Positions 58,410 to 64,000 of a stretch of 64,000 nt of DNA are shown piece after piece. Positions within the stretch are counted from its first letter, which is position 1; each line of letters opens with the position of its first letter. This stretch comes from Eledone cirrhosa (taxonomy: Eukaryota): assembly GCA_964016885.1 (NCBI GenBank), contig OZ024742.1:52948001-53012000 (forward strand), read 5' to 3'. The notes beneath the pieces were generated by a model. That model saw nothing but the letters and a program-made list of their open reading frames with translations. It ran no database searches and was not told where the DNA came from. The translations under genes and the position numbers were made by a program.

Positions 58410-58860
58410 TAGAATGTGAAGTTTTCAGTCATACAGCTGCTGTCTTTGTCATCTATTTGCAACTCTACCACTCTACACCTAGTAATATATCCCAGATATT
58501 TAACACATGAACACTTTGTTTCTACAAATCTCCATAAATCTACCCCTTCAGGGACTCGCACTTTTCCTAATTTCATAATTCCTGTTTCCATAATATCATG
58601 TATGTTAATTGTTTCGCTATTGATGTCCATATATTTATTAAGAGATAAAATTTATTGCATAAACATTTCTTCTTTTTAACTCAACAACGGGAAATATTCT
58701 GGTCGTACCATTTGTACAGTCTCTGATTTTCACTTTAATTCCAAATTTCCCAACCAAATAAACCTCTTTTTAATTTAATAATCCTCCCGTTCTACATTTT
58801 GCAAATCGATTCTGGCAACAACTGGTAATTAACTTATCAGAACCCATTATGCATTAAGTC
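58410..58860 (-). pseudogene. Possible highly decayed L1/Tx1-type RT remnant
   Basis: Collinear traces VARIDLQ.., YMD.. and VKYLGY on the minus strand; heavily disrupted. Confidence 0.3.
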
Positions 58861-59959
58861 TCTGTTTTGTATAACTTCTAAACTTATTTTCCACGATTCA
58901 CAGCTTATATAAAGTACTTAGTCTAATTACATTCTTTCTTTAAGTTTTTATAGCTATTAACTATTAATTTCATTTCCTAAAACTGGAAATGTTTTCAATT
59001 CAACAATATAGTTAGTACATATTTTTAACTATCTTACTGAATTAATCACAGCTTAAGTTCCTTTAATCAATATAATTTTAATAATATAGATCCTTTCGAG
59101 CTCGTTCCTCTTTCTGTTGATCTACCACTTAGCTATAGTTTTCATTTTTTTCCTCTTTTTAATACTTATCTCCCTAGTATATTCATTTATATTCTACACC
59201 CTAGCTTCTATTCCTTCGTTTCATCTAATGTAATATATCTTATTTTTCAACAGAAATATATTTTTAAATTTATATGTCCCTGAATATATTTGAATTACCA
59301 TATTTAACAGCTTAAAAGTCACCCTGCGTCTTATAAGGTCATGGGTTAGTTTGGGTTACTGGTTAGTGGAGTTCTGGTGCTACAATGGCACTTAAATTAA
59401 AATGTCATACTTCCTTTTGTTTTAAAAATGTACTAAAATGTTACAACTAGAATTACGATGTAGAATGACAATAAAAAATATACGATGTACTAACTTCACC
59501 TGACATTTGTAGTTTAAACCCATTTATTTATTTTCTAATGCCTGCTCAAATTGAGGTGTGTCTTATAAGCCGTCAAATACAGTAAATAATATTTTATAAT
59601 ATAGAATATTGTTAGACATAGTCCTTTCCTCTACTTTCCGATACAGCCAGATCTGCCCTTCTTTACCCCTTCCCCTTTTTCTCATTACTTAAATTTGCTT
59701 TTATCTTTCTTTTTCATATATGTGTATCTCTTTAAATAAACAAATTTTTCAACTTGACATTACTCAAAATATTTTTTCTGTTGCATTATACTTTTACAAC
59801 TAAATTTACTGTAAAATATTTTAAAACTAAATTGACTCTAAAATACTATACAACTAAATTTACTGTTAAATTTTTTACAACTAAATTTATTCTAAAATAT
59901 TTTCTGATGGACATTATACGAAATAATACTTCAAAATACACATTATGTTACTTTTAGCA

Positions 59960-60140
59960 CTTTCTAGCATTGACACAAAGCCAACAGTTTAGGGAAGGGA
60001 AAGACGATTTTGTCGACCCCAGTACCTAACTAGTACATTAATTTATCGACCTGGAATGGTTGAAAGCAAAGTGCACCTTCGCAGGATTAGAAACCATTGT
60101 GCCCGACGCTCTAACGATTTTGCCAATCTACCACCCTTAT
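59960..60140 (-). mobile_element. Diverged octopod-type SINE (another at 63720-63880)
   Basis: gacacaaagcc..tcgaccccagtac..tttatcgacc..gcaaagt..ctctaacgattttgccaatctaccacc. Confidence 0.65.
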
Positions 60141-61920
60141 TACTCTCAAATAATAACTGTTTGTAATTAATAATTATTTTCCTTTTTTTTTTATTTAGGT
60201 ATTCTTTTTGTATTTATCCTTTAAAATAATCGTTATGACATGTTTATATATGCCACATGCCCAATCACGGCTTATCTGAGGCTAAATAGTAACAGCTAAA
60301 GCAGTCCTTTTTTTTTTTTTTTTACTTTACAGAATCAATATGAGGTCTTTAGTGGATGATTATTTATTTTAATAGGTGTTTATAAAAGGGGAAAAAATAC
60401 TATTAAACCAGTCACATACACACAAGTAGGAACCAAACTCCCACTCTCACCGCCTCCCGCTCTCCCCATCTCTCATTATTATGAGCAAATGGGGGACCAC
60501 GCGCTAGTCACAGAAACAGAACTCTCTCATTTTTCAGAATAAATAAAAGGTTTGGAACTTTATATACATTCCCTTTCCCACAAAATGGCGTTTATAGCGT
60601 ACGAGAAATAGTATTCCTTCCACAGGCGCCATCTTAGCTCAATGAAATTGTTTCTATATGGCTGTTCTACCTATTAATAATAACAACCAAGTTTCCTTCA
60701 ATTTACCCCTAACATATTTAAAACAGGACATATTAATGTAGTCTTAAATACATTTTGTCTGAAATAAAAGTTATAGCTGATATGTTTTCTGATCATAGGT
60801 CAACCCGATCGCAACTCAACTAGGACTAAATGGCGACAACAATAAACAATAACGGTTAAAATCAAAGAAAAATAGTGATAAGCTGCGTCGCCAAAGTTTG
60901 TTCTTTTTTATGTGCTGTAATTTTGTGCTGTACTGTCTGGTACTAAGATCACCATTATTCGGTAAACTATGGCGCCCAAGATAGCATTTAAATAAATACA
61001 AACAATGTTAGAAACGTTTAATAAATTCTTCTTTCCAATGAATCGAAGAAATGAAAATATTGATCAATGTCCAGGTTTTAGTTGGCTGATTTTTAGTGAA
61101 ATTATCATTTTGAATTATATAATAGAATGTGTGCGTATTTTTGTATAAATGTATGTAAAAAACACTTGCATCATATATGTAAATATATTACCATACATGT
61201 ACACTTCTATATGAAAATATATTTCCATACATGTACACGTATATATAAATATGTTACCATACAAGTGCGTCTATATGAGTGTATATACATATATTATCTA
61301 TGAAGGGGCTTGAATCTAACAAAGAAACAGATCAATTTAATGTACTTACCCACCCTTGGTGTCCTTTACAGGGATGATATATAATTACTAAAACTTGGTA
61401 GAAAGACGACTGGTGCTAAAATGACCCCTCTAAGTTAAATACGGTACAAAGTGTGGCATCATTGTCTCTATAAATAGCAATATACATCAGAACTCGTGGC
61501 TGACAATACTTTCCAGTCCTAAAACTTATCGTAATCCCAACGCTAGCCCTGACGTTCCTTAAACTAAGATAATTTAAGGTGGATAAGACAAATTTGTATT
61601 ACTTAGGGTAAGACGCGTGTTTAAATGTTTAATCTAAAGGGGGAGGATTTTAAAGTGATCCAAAGAAACAAAGTTCCTTCACTGGAATTTATATAACAAC
61701 AATGGCGAGGAGTTGCAGGGTTTCCTTTACACTAATCAGCTACGTATGTTCAAGGTATCTTTCTAAATACCGTTTAACCAGTTGAGAAAGTACCCAGAAA
61801 CGAGACTTTTCAATAATGTACGTGTATATGTATGTATTTACATTTGTATGTAGGTGTGCAAGTATGTATTTATATTTGTATGTATATGTGCATGTAAGTA
61901 TATATAGAGTGAGAGGTATA

Positions 61921-61987
<67 letters not shown>

Positions 61988-62004
61988 CGGCGATGAATTA
62001 GTAT

Positions 62005-62074
<70 letters not shown>

Positions 62075-62249
62075 CTGCGATGAATTAGTATAACAATATA
62101 TATATATATATATAATGAGCAAAGATTAATATGGTTCGTTGACTCAACGAATACAATATTACAATAGATTAGAAGCACTCAACAAAGGATTTTAGTGGAG
62201 TTTTTAATATTATTCAAAATGTATATATATATATATATATATATATATC

Positions 62250-62706
62250 TTAATCTTAGTTCTTTCGTGCCGCTCGGTGCATCGAGCAGTAAGTAGTGGC
62301 CAACGGTCACGATCAGCGGCGGCTTTTACGCGTCCGTGCCAAGTGATGTTGGCTGCCATCAGGTTTTTTCGGAACGTTCGTCGCCAGGTGATCCTGGGGC
62401 AACCCCGCCTCCGTTTGCTGCCAGGCCAGGTGGAGTCCGGTTCATCGCTGTCTTCGAGTGTCGTTAGTCTGGCAAGAGCAGAATATGGCTAGACAGGCGG
62501 CACCGGCGCTCCCCGACTATCCTCTGCACGACTCGGCTCTCCGCAGGATTTCCTCGTTTCGCACTCGGTTACGCCAGGACACACGAAGGATCATTCGCAG
62601 GCACCGCTGGTGGAAAGCGTTCAGCCGTCTCTCTCTCTTTGCCGTGCTCTTCTAGGTTTCGCTCGCGTAAAGCACTGTCGGCAGCGCGATGCTCTTGTAC
62701 AGGCGC
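62250..62706 (-). mobile_element. 3' fragment of an RTE-like LINE
   Basis: Minus-strand LYKSIALPTVLYASET and RLNAFHQRCLRMILRVSWRNRVRNEEILRRA; ends in (taagat)-like repeats. Confidence 0.85.
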
Positions 62707-62832
<126 letters not shown>

Positions 62833-63230
62833 ATAAAGTCACTGACGGGTAGAGTACTAGTAAAGCCAACTAATACAAAAAGCTTCACTCGCATCTATTC
62901 TCTAACTGTCGTTTCTGAAATCAAGCAACAATATATTGACCATCTTAACAAATTAAAACAAGCAATACCGGAAGAAGATTCTTTCATCAGAGGGTTTCTT
63001 TGGGAGTATGAAAATATAATATTCACCTGTTAGTAAACGGGTTTTATCTTTACCAACCCAGCGTGGTGGATAAATTACACGCATTCGTAGATCGACCAAC
63101 TAAGTAAATATCTGTACATCAAGGACAATATGACGGGTTTATAATGACATTAGAAAGAGCACTCATAAAACCCGTCTATCAACTCAACAATTAAGAAGTA
63201 GCAGATATCACACAGAAGATTATTTGTCAT

Positions 63231-63610
63231 TAATATACCGAACTTCTCAATGAAAAGATAGCTAAAATATATATAAATCAGAAAAGCATATAAATATAAA
63301 ATAAATTATGCAAAGTCACTGACGAGTAGAGTAATAGTAAAGCCACCTAATACAAGAAAGCTTCACTCACATCTATTATCTAACTGTAGATTCTGGAACC
63401 AAGAATCAAGAATTTATTAAGATGGTCAATGTTGTTTCTTGATTCCAGAAACTGCAGCTAGGGAATAGAAGCAAGTAAAGCTTTCTTGTATTAGGTGGCT
63501 TTACTATTACACTACCTATCGGGGACTTTGTATAAGTTATTTTAAATTTATATGCTTCTCTGATTTAAATATATTTTAGTTATCTTTTCATTGAAATGTT
63601 CAGTATGTTA
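63231..63610. repeat. Diverged ~180-bp inverted repeat; part also duplicated at 62833-62930
   Basis: 63231-63415 versus the reverse complement of 63432-63610; aaagtcactgacg..tagtaaagcca..aaagcttcactc at both 62835 and 63312. Confidence 0.75.
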
Positions 63611-64000
63611 GTGACAAACTATCAGTGTGATATATATATGTGAATGGAGGGGGGGGGGGGGTATTTGCATGTTTATGTGTAATTGTATATATGTGTGTTT
63701 AGGTATGTATGAGTGTGGGGTAAAAGGAAAGTCGATTATACCAACACCACAAATTTTATCGACCCAGGCAGGATAAATGTCAAAGCTGACCTCCACAGGA
63801 TTTGAACTCAGAACGTAAAGAGCAAGTATAAATACTGCATAGCATTTTGTCTGACTCTCTACTGATTCTGCCAATCCACCACTCCACACAAAAATTCACA
63901 TATGTTAGGCTGTGCAGCTTTGAATGGTGCATTACAGTATGAAATTCTTTGTCCTTAAATCACTGGTTTATCCTTGCAGCTATATTAATAAGCCACTCTC

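Noticed and set aside
59320-59584. pogo/Tigger-like end (gtgtcttataagccgtcaaatacagta)
   Set aside because: Only one degenerate end is visible, with no matching TIR or transposase.

Overview
AT-rich eukaryotic, repeat-saturated DNA. The SINEs and the dense (TA)n/(CA)n/(TATC)n microsatellites suggest an octopod cephalopod (inference). No host protein-coding gene can be supported, and most ORFs in the track are microsatellite artefacts. The window holds four distinct Penelope-like retroelements (PLEs) with an RT plus C-terminal GIY-YIG of the Naiad type, a second-clade GIY-YIG tail fused behind one of them, a near-complete RTE LINE, RTE/Tx1/CRE fragments, two decayed mariners, a non-autonomous Helitron, SINEs and two minisatellites. 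The most notable pattern is a (TA)n-targeting PLE system. It has about a dozen hammerhead ribozyme (HHR) motifs, including a U3:A8 (UUGAGAA) core variant in two Naiad families. It also has many fold-back (hairpin) insertions whose inverted arm stops at a fixed point short of a family-specific 3' tail; one of these turns exactly at the predicted ribozyme cleavage site. Coordinates were read by eye and may be off by a few bases.
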